A stretch of DNA of 64,000 nucleotides, from contig OX597827.1 in assembly GCA_951406725.2 (NCBI GenBank), positions 77,934,001 through 77,998,000 on the forward strand. Reading direction: 5' to 3'. The notes beneath the pieces are model-generated. The model was not told the DNA's origin and searched no databases. It saw only the letters and a list, made by a program, of their open reading frames with translations. The stretch comes from Octopus vulgaris (Eukaryota). Positions 12,443 through 25,665 of the stretch are shown piece after piece. A program made the translations under genes and the position numbers. Positions within the stretch are counted from its first letter, which is position 1. Each line of letters starts with the position of its first letter.

Positions 12443-12741
12443 TCTTTTACTTGTTTCAGTCATTTGACTGCGGCCATGCTGGAGCACCGCCTTTAATCGA
12501 GCAACTCAACCCCCGGGACTTATTCTTTTGTAAGCCCAGTACTTATTCTATCGGTCTCTTTTGCCGAACCGCTAAGTAACGGGGACATAAACACACCAGC
12601 ATCGGTTGTCAAGCAATGCTAGGGGGACAAACACACACACACACTGCGTGGCACCTTGGGCAAGTGTCTTCTACTATAGCCTAGGTATGACCAAAGCCTT
12701 GTAAGTGGATTTGGTAGACGGAAACTGAAAGAAGCCCATCA

Positions 12742-12793
<52 letters not shown>

Positions 12794-13078
12794 TGATGGC
12801 TTCTTTCAGTTTCCGTCTACCAAATCCACTTACAAGGCTTTGTAAGTGGATTTGGTAGACGGAAACTGAAAAGCCCATCATATATGTGTATATATATATA
12901 TATATATACACATATATGATGGGTCTTTCAGTTTCCGTCTACCAAATCCACTTACAAGGCTTTGGTCATACCTAGGCTATAGTAGAAGACACTTGCCCAA
13001 GGTGCCACGCAGTGGGACTGAACCCGGAACCATGTGGTTGGTAAACAAGCTACTTACCACACAGCCACTCCTGCGCCT
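12443..13078 (-). mobile_element. SINE family A with an internal fold-back duplication
   Basis: Normal tail at 12443-12640 and head ending at 13078, with a palindromic duplication in between. Confidence 0.85.
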
Positions 13079-13354
13079 GTGTGAATGTAATTTCAGTTGA
13101 GGTGTGGATTTTGCTATGAAGTCACAATGGGGATCATTGAGGATTTGGGTTTTGCCTGGGATTGGGCAAATGTGTCTGTTGGTTGCAGGATAGAATTCTT
13201 CTACTGTTCTTTTTCTTCAACTGAAGTTGTCTGAATGCGTCATGACACATTTTATACTCTGCAGATCAATCTACAGGGAGATTCAAAAGTCGCCATACAT
13301 AGGAACAATTTATCTTTTTTATAAAAAACAGTTTATAAGAACAGTTTTTTTAAT

Positions 13355-13740
13355 AGGCGCAGGAGTGGCTGTGTGGTAAGTAGCTTGCTAACCAACCACA
13401 TGGTTCCAGGTTCAGTCCCACTGCGTGGCATCTTGGGCAAGTGTCTTCTGCTATAGCTCTGGGCCGACCAATGCCTTGTGAGTGGATTTGGTAGACGGAA
13501 ACTGAAAGAAGCCTGTCGTATATATGTATGTGTGTGTGTTTGTGTCTCTGTGTTTGTCCCACTAGCATTGCTTGACAACCGATGCTGGTGTGTTTACGTC
13601 CCCGTTACTTAGCGGTTCGGCAAAAGAGACCGATAGAATAAGTACTGGGCTTACAAAGAATAAGTCCCAGGGTCGAGTTGCTTGACTAAAGGCGGTGCTC
13701 CAGCATGGCCGCAGTCAAATGACTGAAACAAGTAAAAGAG
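13355..13740 (+). mobile_element. SINE family A, full length, little diverged
   Basis: GGCGCAGGAGTGGCTGTGTGGTAAG...TGACTGAAACAAGTAAAAGAG; close to the 63281 copy. Confidence 0.9.
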
Positions 13741-13898
13741 TAAAGTTTCTATATGGCTACCGTTGGCTAAATCTAATTTTTCCCTGTAAGTTTGGATTTA
13801 CTCCCTAATATTATTATTATATATATAATCATTTACCATGATAGATCGCTAGCCACTAAACCCTTTTCTATTTTCTCTCCCTGTTTATTTCTGTGTTC

Positions 13899-13934
13899 CT
13901 TTCTGTCAAAGAGCGTAGGCTCAAAACATAAAAG
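13899..13934 (+). ncRNA. Decayed hammerhead-ribozyme motif (CUGU-core family) in a short Penelope-like element
   Basis: CTTT CTGTCAA A GAGC GTAG GCTC AAAA CA TA AAAG; homologous to 30411-30446 but with G->A changes in the core. Confidence 0.4.
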
Positions 13935-13987
13935 ACCTTCTCACCTCCCATCTTCGTCTTTTGTTTTTTTGTAAATTCTCACTATAT

Positions 13988-14186
13988 ATACATACATACA
14001 TACATACATACATACATACATACATACATACATACATACATACATTACATACACACATACATACATACATACATACATACATACATACATACATACATAC
14101 ATACATACATACATACATACATACATACATACATACATACATACATACATACATACATACATACATACATACATACATACATACAT
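13988..14186. repeat. (TACA)n microsatellite
   Basis: About 50 tetranucleotide units. Confidence 0.95.
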
Positions 14187-14756
14187 GCGTGCATACATGC
14201 ATGCATACATATATATTTTATCTTTGACTTGTGTCTGCACCTTGAAGACTTTTAATCAAATGAATTGAACCCAGTCCTTAATTTTTTTTAAACTGGTATT
14301 TCTATTGATCATTTTTACTGAACCTTTAAGCTATAGGGACATAAACACACCAACACCAGTTGTCAAGTAACAGTGCATGATAAACATAGAAAAAAAGACA
14401 CACACACACATTGATGGGCTTCTTTCAGTTTCTGTCCACCAAATCCACTCCCAATGCTTTGGTCAGCCTGGGGCTTTAGTAGAAGACATTTGCCCTAGGT
14501 GCCATGTAGTGAGACTGAACCCAGAACTATGTGGTTGGGATACAAATTTCTTACCACTCCACCATGCCTGCACCTATACATCACACTCACGGCCACACAT
14601 CAAATTCAGTACCAGCAACAGAAATCCAAAAGAAAATGGAGGCTCTTTGCCAGTCGGAGCCTGACCCAGGACTTTTGATGTGAGGGGCACAAAGTTGTGG
14701 CTAGCAACATTCTTGAAAGGAGATCCAAGAATTCTTCATGTGGTTTACAAGAAATA

Positions 14757-15060
14757 ATTTAGTTAGTTAGTTAATTTTTTGGCTCAAAAAGCAAAAAACA
14801 AGGTCATGTAGGGGGACATGGAGTTATGTATGGGGTGGTGTTCATGTAAAGAGTTCAGGCCACTTGTGGTCAAGGGAGACTTTGAACCGAGCGGTCGTCG
14901 GCATCTTCACTATCTTGTCCGGCAGCTTATTCCACGGATCTGCAACCCGGACTGAGAAAGCCCCTCTCCTCGATTGCGATGAAATCGTTGCAGATAGAGC
15001 TTTTCGGAGTGACCGCGCAGCCGACGCTCTGGAGCAGGAGTGAAGAACAGCTCTTTCGAG
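14757..15060 (-). mobile_element. CR1/L2-like LINE 3' end
   Basis: Minus strand reads ...RLRGHSEKL... and, after a frameshift, ...FSVRVADPWNKLPDKIV..., followed by a short UTR and a (TAAC)n tail. Confidence 0.75.
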
Positions 15061-16723
15061 AGGTTACACTAACTAATGGATGGTAGTTAGTGTTTCCATC
15101 TAAATAAAGGTAAGGGGTTGCTGTAATGATTGCATAATAGAGGGAGAGAAGACACTTAGGGAATTTTAGGGTTATGAACAAGGGGTTTCTGTTTTGTTGA
15201 AAAAGAGTAACTGTGAGAAGCATGTGTAAGACCTGTGGTACTCCATGGCAGGGATGTGGGTGGAGTTTGTGCTCCATGGGAGGGAGGTATAGGTGCAGTT
15301 CGTAGAAACTCTGTTGAGACTGGAGAAATGTGAAGTAAATCTGATCCATTGGAGGTTGATGTTGGACTACATGTGAGTTGGGTATCAAATGCATCAGCTG
15401 AAGAACATGTGGGAAAGACAAGTGACATTACATAGGCATTGATCGTTGTGTGTTCTTCATGGAGTGTAGCCATGAAAAGGAAAAATGAGTTGAGTTCAAA
15501 AATTGAAATACTGTATGATAGGCCGACCGAAACTAAACTAGAATAGGAAAACAGATGTTTAATATTGATAATAAACCATCCATCCATCTTTTCTGTCCAC
15601 TAATCTTGGGATGCTGATGGTGGGTAGAATCCCCAAACACCTCCTCCTCCTTAGGACCCTCTCAGAAGTAACTCTTTACGTTTTCCTGTTGGATTCCCAA
15701 ACATGACCATCCGAGACTGTGGATATTATCTAACAATCCCCTTTTTGGTCTTACCCCTAGGTCTCCTGCTGATTGGCTCAACTTGAAGGATTTTCTTGCG
15801 GTTCTTTTCTGCATCATTCTGATCAGGTCTGTAGTACCAGAGCTGAGAACCCTTCAATGTGGAGAAGAGCAGCTTGGTCTGGAGAGACTCCCTAATCTCC
15901 AAGCTGTGCTCCCTGTCAAATAACATCATTAAAAAATCCCTCAGGGGAACCCCATTTTGGCCACTTGCATTCATGATCATACTCTTTCAGTCGTTACCCA
16001 GCAGTCGAAACCTTAGGTCAGCACAAAAGCTGAACTGAACATAAGTTTGGCTTTTTGCCTCATTTTCTGCAGACTGAATACTGGAACCAGTGCATTATTG
16101 TACCAGCGCTTGCAATTCTAGGCCCAATTCTGTCTCCTGCTTCCCATTACTCATCCATACAAGAAATTTGAATCACTTGTCTCGGTGATGTTCATATAAC
16201 CCTTTGGTGTTCAGATTTCTCTATTAAATGTGAGTCTTTTTTCATGCAAATTGTTTTGAATTAATCAAGCATTATCTTCTAGCTTTGGGGTTTCAATGAT
16301 GTCATTGTTTATTTTTAGAATGTCAATGTAGGTTAGGTGTGAGAGGCTAGACATGGCCAGTTTGAATGTAGAACATGTAGAATATTTGGGCCAGATATGG
16401 CCGGTTTAAACACTAAAGGTATAAACATGAAAAAAAGCAGCTGTTTCAATATGAATACATGACAAACCTGTTCCTACCAACAGGGTCAAAATACAGGTCA
16501 AAAGATCAAAGAATTGAAACAAGAATATATGGAAATAAAATGTCTGCCTGCAAGAGAGTAACAAAATGAATACAGGAACCTGACCAACTGTCAGTTTGTG
16601 AGGGTCACCGTCAAGACCCCAGGTGTTCTCAGACTTCAACACTTCCCATTTCTTCTGAAAAATTGGGATAATTGTAACTTTATTTACATTTGACGGATAT
16701 TTGTCCTCATCTTGTTTGTTGTT

Positions 16724-16769
16724 AACACAACATTTCAGCTGATATACCCTCCAGCCTTCATCAGGTGTC
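16724..16769 (-). ncRNA. Minimal type I hammerhead motif, left member of an inverted pair
   Basis: GACAC CTGATGA A GGCTG-loop-CAGCT GAAA TG TT GTGTT. Confidence 0.6.
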
Positions 16770-16889
16770 TTGGGGAAACTTCGAACCTGGGTTCTCATTC
16801 CTAAGGTATTTTTCAATGTTCTTCTTCTTCTTATCATCATCATCATCATCATCATTATTCAAGTCACTGCCTGGAATCGAACTCGGTGA

Positions 16890-16948
<59 letters not shown>

Positions 16949-16995
16949 TCAAAAAATACCTTAGGAATGAGAACACAGGTTCGAAATTTCCCCAA

Positions 16996-17041
16996 GACAC
17001 CTGATGAAGGCTGGAGAGTATATCAGCCGAAACATTGTGTT
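16996..17041 (+). ncRNA. Minimal type I hammerhead motif, right member of an inverted pair
   Basis: GACAC CTGATGA A GGCTG GAGAGTATAT CAGCC GAAA CA TT GTGTT. Confidence 0.6.
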
Positions 17042-17505
17042 AACAACAAACAAGATGAGGACAAATATCCATCAAATGTAAATAATGTAAATAATTCCTC
17101 ATCTCTTAACTATAGAACTGTAATTGTAGCTTGTCTGAGAAACGAGGCCTCTAAGGTGGGGTGGCTGTTGCAGCAAGTGTTGTTGGCCTTTCTCCATGGT
17201 AATGTCTTTGCAATCATGTCTGCAAGGCATGGCTAAACATACCATTTGGCCTGGGTTGTACAAACTGTTACTCTCCCCCACCACCGTCACTGTTACCGCC
17301 ACCATCTTCTACTACAGAATTTCCCCTTTTGTTTTACAAAGATGAAACAACATGTTAAGACGTATAAGAAAGACAAGATATCCTTTTGTGCTGGACTACA
17401 AGCCAACTGGCCAGGAGCCATTGTCTTACAAACCAGCAAATGCAAGGGAAACACACACACACATTCATGTGCATGGTCATACACATACAGGTGCACACAC
17501 ACGTG

Positions 17506-17539
<34 letters not shown>

Positions 17540-17594
17540 CACACACACACACATATACATATATGTATGTATATATATCTCAGGCCTCGTGCTA

Positions 17595-17978
17595 GTAGGG
17601 TATTAAGAGCACCATCCGAGCGTGATCGTTGACAGAGTGGCTATCTGGCCTCAGTGCCAGTGGCACATAAAAGGCACCATTCAAACGTGATCATTACCAG
17701 CATCACCTTACTGGCACCTCTGCCGGTGGCATGTGTAAAAAGATTTGAGTGAGGTTGTTGCCAGTACCGCCTGACTGGCCCCATGCCGGTGGAACGTAAA
17801 AAGCATCCACTACGCTCTCGGAGTGGTTGGCGTTAGGAAGGGCATCCAGCTGTAGAAACTCTGCCAGATCAAGATTGGAGCCTGGTGCAACCATCTGGTT
17901 CGCCAGTCCTCAGTCAAAACGTCCAACCCATACTAGCATGGAAAGCGGACGTTAAACGATGATGATGATGATGATGAT
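17595..17978 (+). mobile_element. Retroposon family E (RTE-like tail ending in (GAT)n)
   Basis: GTGGTTGGCGTTAGGAAGGGCATCCAGC...GGACGTTAAAC(GAT)n; similar copies near 10360, 20480, 22110, 23870, 31490, 32940, 46835 and 49570. Confidence 0.75.
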
Positions 17979-19471
17979 TGAATTGTATTTTAAAACTCTG
18001 TGGTCCATCTAGATACCCTTGTGGTGCACCAGTACATAATGGCAGACTGTCTGAGAAGCACTGGGGTGCACAATAACTGTCCTCTGCATTCATTTGAACC
18101 CACGACATAGTCGGTATGTTCACCTTTACACAACAATTAATCCTTACACCGACCAGGACCCCCTTCCATCACCCTCCCCCTATTCCTCCTCTTGTCTCTT
18201 CAGGTGGTCATGTATGGATTGTTGGCACTGTCTCTGCTTTATGAAGAAATGAATGAATGGAATAAAACAGACCACACTGTGCTAGCCTCTTAGAATATAT
18301 TTGAGGGAGATTTGGCTGCTATTTCTGAATAATCCTTGCTTGGTTCGACAGAGGGGAGTCGTGATGACAGGAAGAGCATCTGGTCGTAGAAATTCTGTCT
18401 CAACAAATTCCATTCTGACCCATGCAGGTATTGAAAAATGGACGTTAAAATGATGACAACAACGATGATGAGGAGCAGGAGGATGGTGGTGGTGGTGTTG
18501 GGGGTTAAGATGGTGGTGATGATGATGATGATGATGATAGTAGATGTTGCAATGGCACCTCTACAATCCCATCAGGTGTTGAGGAACCAAGAAAGAAGGA
18601 AGGGGAAAGTAAGAAGGAAGGGATCAGCCTTCACTGAGCTGGCATTCGATCAAAGGTAGTCTATCCGTGACCATCCCATCTTTCTAAGCATATCTACAAC
18701 TATAATAGGATCTTTACCTTTTGACCGACAGATTTAAAAAATAATTTTTTGTAACTAAACACTTTCAAACTTCGGACACTGGTAGAATGTGTCATATAAA
18801 ATGTGTCTAAGCATGCTTGAGAAAAGCTTATAGTTAGGAAGTTATTTCACGTTAAAGTTGTTGTATTTCGCTAATTTCAACCAATCAATGACGTGTATTC
18901 AGCTGAATAAAATTACTGCAGTTGTTTGATAGAGAGAGATTTGGCAGCTATTAATAACAGGTCGAGCAATGATGTGAAAACGTTGTTGACTCATATAATT
19001 GTTGTTGCTGCTTGGCCCCAGGTCGACTTTGATCAAGTAGACCTATAATCAAAGGCTTGCCAACCTTGGCGTGTCGTCTGCTCAGAAGTGTGCTCGTTAA
19101 GAGCCGACCTGGAGTTAAATAGCGAGAGTAGCAGCAGCAGCCGCCTGGCTGACGATTCACAGGGAAAGGGAGAATTTTGCAAGGGAGGTAAATCAGGACA
19201 GACTGTTGGTCTTTTAATTTCCCCATAACTGCTATGGGGGGAAAACGGGTCGGTCTTTTTTGAATAAGAAGTCTTACTGTGAACGGGAAGGAAATGTCTT
19301 GTGTGTGTGTGCGCGCGCGTATGTTTTTATATAGATGTATATATGTACATACGTACATACACACACACACATATATATATATATACATACATACATATAC
19401 CTGCACATACATACATATATATACATATATATGTGTATGCATGTATGTGTATATATATGTACCCACTCCTA

Positions 19472-19510
<39 letters not shown>

Positions 19511-20015
19511 GAAGCCTGTTGTATATATGTATGTATTTGTGTGTCTGTGTTTGTCCCCACCAACCAACGCTTGACAACCGATATTGGTGTATTTATGTCC
19601 CTGTAACTTAGCAGTTTGGCAAAAGTGTCCAATAGAATAAGTACTAAGCTTGGGGTTGATTTGTCGACTAAAGGTGGTGCTCCAGCATGGTCGCAGCCGA
19701 CTGATTGAAACAAGTAAAAGAATACAATATATATATATATATATTTTTTTTGTGAAATAGAAAGATGAATAATCTTGTTGCAGATTAATCAAAAGTTTAA
19801 CCGATACCTTGGTAGCAAAAATCACAGCAGAAGACAGCACGGTTGGAGGTACAACCCTATGGTGTTGCAACCGTGCGTTGGTGCGGATAATTGAATTTTA
19901 ATCTTATTAGTGAATTGAAGAAATGGAGTTGGCCATGGGCTCTTAGGAGCCTCGTTCGATTTGTTTTGCTCCGCCTCTGTTCTGTTTTTGTTTTTTCCAA
20001 CGGATTTCCTATTTC

Positions 20016-20095
20016 TTCCTGAAGAGAAAGACACAATATGGTCTCCTTATTCAATCGGAATTTGGTAAATTGTGCCTTTCGAAACACGTGTAGAA
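20016..20095 (+). ncRNA. Type I hammerhead ribozyme with intact core and extended helix II
   Basis: TTC CTGAAGA GAAAGACACAAT-loop-ATTGTGCCTTTC GAAA CACGTG TA GAA; GUA cleavage triplet and palindromic helix III. Confidence 0.8.
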
Positions 20096-20152
20096 TGCAA
20101 TAAAACGATTTCTGTTCAATCTTCGTTCAACTCCATTTCTTCAATTCACTAA

Positions 20153-20194
<42 letters not shown>

Positions 20195-20425
20195 ATACAA
20201 ACAAGAAAACACAAAAAACCAAAAAAAAAACACAACGCGAGGACGTGGAACAAATAAAGTGTTATTGGACGCTCAGGAAAGAAGGGAAGAACATTTCGAG
20301 CGGAGCTCTTCGTCGGAAACATAGGAGAAGGAAAGATCCCAAGAAGGGAAGACAGAGGAAAAAAAATCGCCAGTGGTACTCACGAGGTCATATATATATA
20401 CATATATATTTATATATACATATAT

Positions 20426-20472
<47 letters not shown>

Positions 20473-21226
20473 TGAATGACATTCATCATCATCATCGTCA
20501 GCATTATCATGAACATTTAACATTGGTTTTCCATACTGGCATGGGTTGGATGGCTTGATAGGAACTGGAAAGGCCAGGGACCATACCAGGTTCCAGAGGG
20601 CGTTTTGAGTTGGTTTCTACAGCTAGATGCCCTTCCCAACACCAACCACTCTATAGAGTATATGGGTGAGAGTTTTTTGGTGTATGTGTGCTTGCATGCA
20701 TGCATGCGTGTGTGTCATTGGATTGGGTTGCATCCCTTTATCACAAAAGCCAAGGCATTCAGTAAATTGGAAGACAATAGGTGCCAGACTTAGACATGAA
20801 GTGGGGTGGGATGCGGAAGAGAGTATGAAGTGCGACATGACTGATTAAAACCCTTGAAGGCTGTGCTCCAGCATGGCCACTGTCCAATAACCACAACCAG
20901 TAAAAGAATATAAATTTCTCCATAGAAACAAAAGCTGCTGCAAAACGCAGTTGTCTTCTCTTTATGCATCTAATTCATAAAGCAGAGGGAAGACAGAATT
21001 GAACGTCACTCATGTAGTGGGTGGTACTGCCTCCCAGGGGTGAGGAGTGGAATTTTAGGTGGGTATTGGGGACAATGGTGGAAGTGGTGGGGTGATAGGT
21101 GCAGCTTTTAATTGCTCTAATTTCCAAAAAATATTTTCAATTTTTATTGTGCAACCAATTGATCTGGTAATATTTGTTGTCAAAATCTTGTTTTGAGATT
21201 CCATATGATATTGATGAAGATCAATA

Positions 21227-21620
21227 CTCTTTTACTTGTTTCAGTCATTTGACTATGACCATGCTGGAGCACCGCCTTTAGTCGAGCAAATTGACCCCAG
21301 GACTTATTCTTTGTAAACTTAGTACTTATTCTATAGGTTCTCTTTTGTCGAACCGCTAAGTTACAGGGAGGCAAACACATCAGCATCGGTTGTCAAGCGA
21401 TGTTAGGGGGACAAACACAGATGCACAAACACACACACATATGTATATATATATACATATATACGACAGGCTTCTTTCAGTTTCCGTCTACCAAATCCAT
21501 TCTGAAGGCTTTGGTCTCCCCGAGGCTATAGTACAAGAAGCTTGCCCAAGGTGCCATGCAGTGGGATTGAACCCGGAACCATGTGGTTGGGAAGCAAGCT
21601 ACTTACCACACAGCCACTTC
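21227..21620 (-). mobile_element. SINE family A
   Basis: Reverse complement of the 13355-13740 type. Confidence 0.85.
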
Positions 21621-22469
21621 TGTACAATATTGGTCGATATAATATGATGGTAATCAATAAAATTGATTTCAGAGATTTGGCCCAAGGCCAGCAATTTCAG
21701 TGCAGGGGCTGACTCGGAGACATTGATTCCAGTCTTCAACTGGTGATTGTTTTAGTAACCCCAAAAGGACGAAAGGCAAAAATTAATCTCAGTGGAATTT
21801 GAACTCAGAACGTAAAGATGAACAAAATGTTTCTAAGCAATTTGTCTGGTTTGCTGTAAATTCTGCCGGTTCACCACTTTGGTTAATGTATCAACAGCAG
21901 AATTTTGTGTGTTGTACTGGATTTTGATGATTCAGAGCAAAGTGGCACTGAAAGACTGTTAGCAAAAGAATGAGAGCATATCATCATCACCACCACCACC
22001 ACCACCACTACTACATCACCATCATCATCATCATCATCACCACCACCACCATCACCATCATCATCATCATCATCATCATCACCACTACCATCACCATCAT
22101 CATCATCACCACCACCACCATCATCTAATGTCTATTTTCCATGCTGGCATGGATTGGACGGTCTGACAGGATCCAGCCAGCCACAGATCTGCATTGAACT
22201 CCTATGTCTGCTCTTGCATGGTTTCTAAGGCCAGATCCTTTTTCTAACACCAACCACTTCACAGTGTGTACCAAGTGCTTTTTTTCATGGCATCAGCATT
22301 CCTGGCGTTGCCAGATGTCTTGTGGAAGAAGACAAAAAGGAAAAAGAAAAGGAAAGAGAAAAACCTCCTTGACCAAGAGGAGGAGAGGGAGTATATGGGA
22401 AAAGGAGGGGGGGCTTTAAGCCAGGTGTCGTGGGGAACGAGCACAGGTGTCATGGTATTCTCGTTTATT

Positions 22470-22870
22470 CTTGTATTTGTTTCAGTCATTTGATTGTGGC
22501 CATGCTGGAGCACCACCTTTAGTCGAACAAATCAGCTCCAGGACTTATTCTTTGTAAACCTAGTACATATTCTATTGGTCTCTATTGCTGAACCACTAAG
22601 TTACGAGGACGTAAACACACCAACATCAGTTGTCAAGCGATGGTAAGGGGGGCAAACACATACAAACACTCACACACACACTCACACACACACACACACA
22701 CATATACGATGGGCTTCTTTCAGTTTCCGTCTACCAAATCCACTCACAAGGCTTTGGTCAGCCCGAGGCTATAGTAGAAGACACCTGACCAAAGTGCCAC
22801 ACAGTGGGACTGAACCCGGAACCATGTGGTTGGTAAGCAAGCTTTGTACCACACAGCCACTCCTGCACCT
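22470..22870 (-). mobile_element. SINE family A
   Basis: Reverse complement of the 13355-13740 type. Confidence 0.85.
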
Positions 22871-23306
22871 GTGGTGAAGACACTTGGCTACCCTGTATAA
22901 TATAAGGGTGAATGGGGTGGTGGAATAGCTGGGAATAAGATAAGATGGTAGTGATGGGGTGGTAGTGCAACCCCCACCCCAGGAGCAAGAAGGTGAGCAT
23001 AAGAGAGAATCCAGACAGAGGATTAGGCCGGGTGGATGGTTTCATAAGAGTGTGAAGGGAGAGTGGCAGATGGTTAGAGATGTTGGTAGGGGTGAATATA
23101 GTGAGTGACGCACATGGGTGGAGGTGTGGCATGATGAGAAAGATCGGTATGGAGATGGAAGTGAGGTGAGCGCCATAGAAGGGGCTCAGGGAGGATAGAT
23201 CAGGAAGATGGGTTAGAGGTGATGCGTGAGGTCGGGAGGGAGATGTAGAAGTACATAAGGGTGGCTACCTTGAGTGGGGCCAGATGACATATATGAAGCA
23301 TGGCAG

Positions 23307-23338
<32 letters not shown>

Positions 23339-24215
23339 TAACTGAAGGCAAAGAAAGGAGGTGGTTGGTGGTAGATGGTGGGGGAACGGAGGATAATGAG
23401 AATAAAGGAAGTGGTTCCAGAGAGAGGGAGGGAGGGAAAGTACCTGGTAGTGAAAAGAATGGGGTGGGGTGTAATATACACCAAGGAAGAGGGAAAGCAG
23501 GATTGATATTAGGGGAAGAGAAGGGTAGAGAGATGAGATGGGGTAGAATGAATGTAGAGACAGTACCCAGCACATACGATCCTACAGAGTGCTTTTAGGA
23601 CTTCGTTTTTGCTGTGATGGACGGATTCTTTTGACCAGAAGGATTTCCAATCCTCTCACTCCTCCCTAGCGATCTCCTGCATAGGGATCAGCATCTTGAG
23701 CACGTTGACATTACAGTGTGCACATACATATATAACATACATACATATGTATATACATACACACATACATACATGCATAGACATACATACGTATATACAC
23801 ACATATACACATATACATACATACACTCACACACATACATACATATATGTGTATGTATACATGTATGTACATGATCATCATCAGTCAACATCTGTTTTCC
23901 ATGCTGGCATGGATGGGTTGGATGATTTGACTGGAACTGGCCAGCCAGAGGATTGCACCAAGCCCTACTGTCTGCTTTGGCATAGTTTCTATGGCCCCAT
24001 GCCCCATCCCAATGCTAACCACTTTATGTTGTGTGCTGGGTGCTTTCTATGTGGGACCAGTACAGGTTTCACTCAGAATTGGCCCAGGCCATGACTAACT
24101 TAACAGTACCACCTGGAAAAGCCATTTAAGGAGGTTCCATATTACAGCCATAGTTTGGGCACCATAGCCTTTTCAAATAAATAGTTATTTATAACAGAGA
24201 TATATCTAGGTATAA

Positions 24216-24435
24216 CCCTTTCATTACCGCATTTCTGTTGAGAAGCTGTGTTTCTTTCAATTAATTTTAAATATAACAAAGAATTTAGTAAAATAATTTC
24301 GTTATCATTCAGCTAGTGTTAGGAACATGAATTGTGACTCAGGTTTGGTGGAAGATTTTAATTCAAAACTTATGTAAACAAGATATTTTTACTACAGAGC
24401 CAGAGGCAGTTACAGCCAGGTTGGTATCAAAAGGG
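24216..24435. mobile_element. piggyBac-type MITE, second family (CCCTTTC.TTACC...GGTATCAAAAGGG)
   Basis: Terminal inverted repeats with ATAA/TTAA flanks; homologous to 59540-59761. Confidence 0.7.
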
Positions 24436-25499
24436 TTAAAGTAGTTTATTTGGATTTTGTTGGAGGAATTCATCCAAGAAGCATTCGAATGACTTGAGAT
24501 CTTTTTCTTCTCATAGGTATCTTGGAACGATGTTAAAGACAGCAGGGCCAATTGACGTGAATTAGTTCTATCTTAGTGTTGGGATGTGGTGCAAGCTTGT
24601 TTTTCGGACAGGATGGATGACGCGGGGAACAAGTCTTGCGTGAATGTTCGAGTTAATGCCAACATCATCTGAGCCAAGTTGATGGAATATTTTCCAGTTG
24701 CTCAAACTCTTCTAGCTGGAAAAGAACGGCTCCATGTTCTCTTGACATGCTAAAAATAACTACGAAATTTACTTTAAATCACACCTTTAAAAATACATTG
24801 GATTATTTAGCTTTAAATACACGATGCCTTAAAAGAAATTGACAGGGGTTGGTCGAGGGCGGAACAGTTTTGATCGTAATGTCTATTCGACTGAAGTTAA
24901 CCTGGAGGTAAACAATTTCACCAACAAAAAGGAGTGGCATGTCAGATATTGCGGTCTTTTAGATATTGTAGTCGCTTATAATATTTCAGACAAATAAACG
25001 AGGCGTCTCATAGCTGGAAAGGGTCCGAATCATAAATCTTGGACCCTGTTAAATTTTTTCCAACCATTTGAAACACTGAATTCTTTTTGGATCTTTTCAC
25101 TTTGACCGGCAGATTTTTTAAATAATTTCTTTGTAACTAAACACTTTTAAACTTCGTATACTGGTAGAATGTGTTAAATAAAACATCTTTCTCTCTTGGC
25201 TTTCTTGAGAAAATTCTGTAGTTTGTAAGATATTTCTTGTTAAATTTCTTGTATTTCAGCAATTTCAACCAATAAAAGATCCTTTTTTTAAATGTAATTT
25301 TGATGTAATTTTTTTCTTGTTGATAACGAAAATCGCATTCATATTTTCCCTTATAGAAATTCGCAACCATTTAAAGTTACGTGGAAAAAAAAAGAATAAT
25401 AAGTGGTTGAAAGACAGATCTTGAATCTATTCAATCAAAGCCGATCTGGGCCCGAAAAATCGGCAAGAAAACACCATCGATGCTCTTTCGATGGGAAAG

Positions 25500-25665
25500 C
25501 GAAAAGGTCCGGCCAGGGAGTAGACGGTATTATTTTGTGGCAGGAAATATGAGAGCGAGCGCCGGTGTTGGTGTGTGTCTGTGTCTACTCTACTGCTGTA
25601 TATGTCTGTCTTCTTCTCTGTTCAGCTTTGCCGGAGAGAAAAAAAAAGGGCCGTCACAAATAAAG
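25500..25665 (+). promoter_or_regulatory. Candidate non-coding first exon/promoter of ZNF2
   Basis: CpG-retaining unique sequence ending in a strong donor, AAAG|GTAAGC, at 25666; start coordinate approximate. Confidence 0.45.

Noticed and set aside
13355-13430. tRNA gene-like A/B boxes (many copies)
   Set aside because: They are SINE heads continuing into the shared SINE body; I could not form a complete cloverleaf
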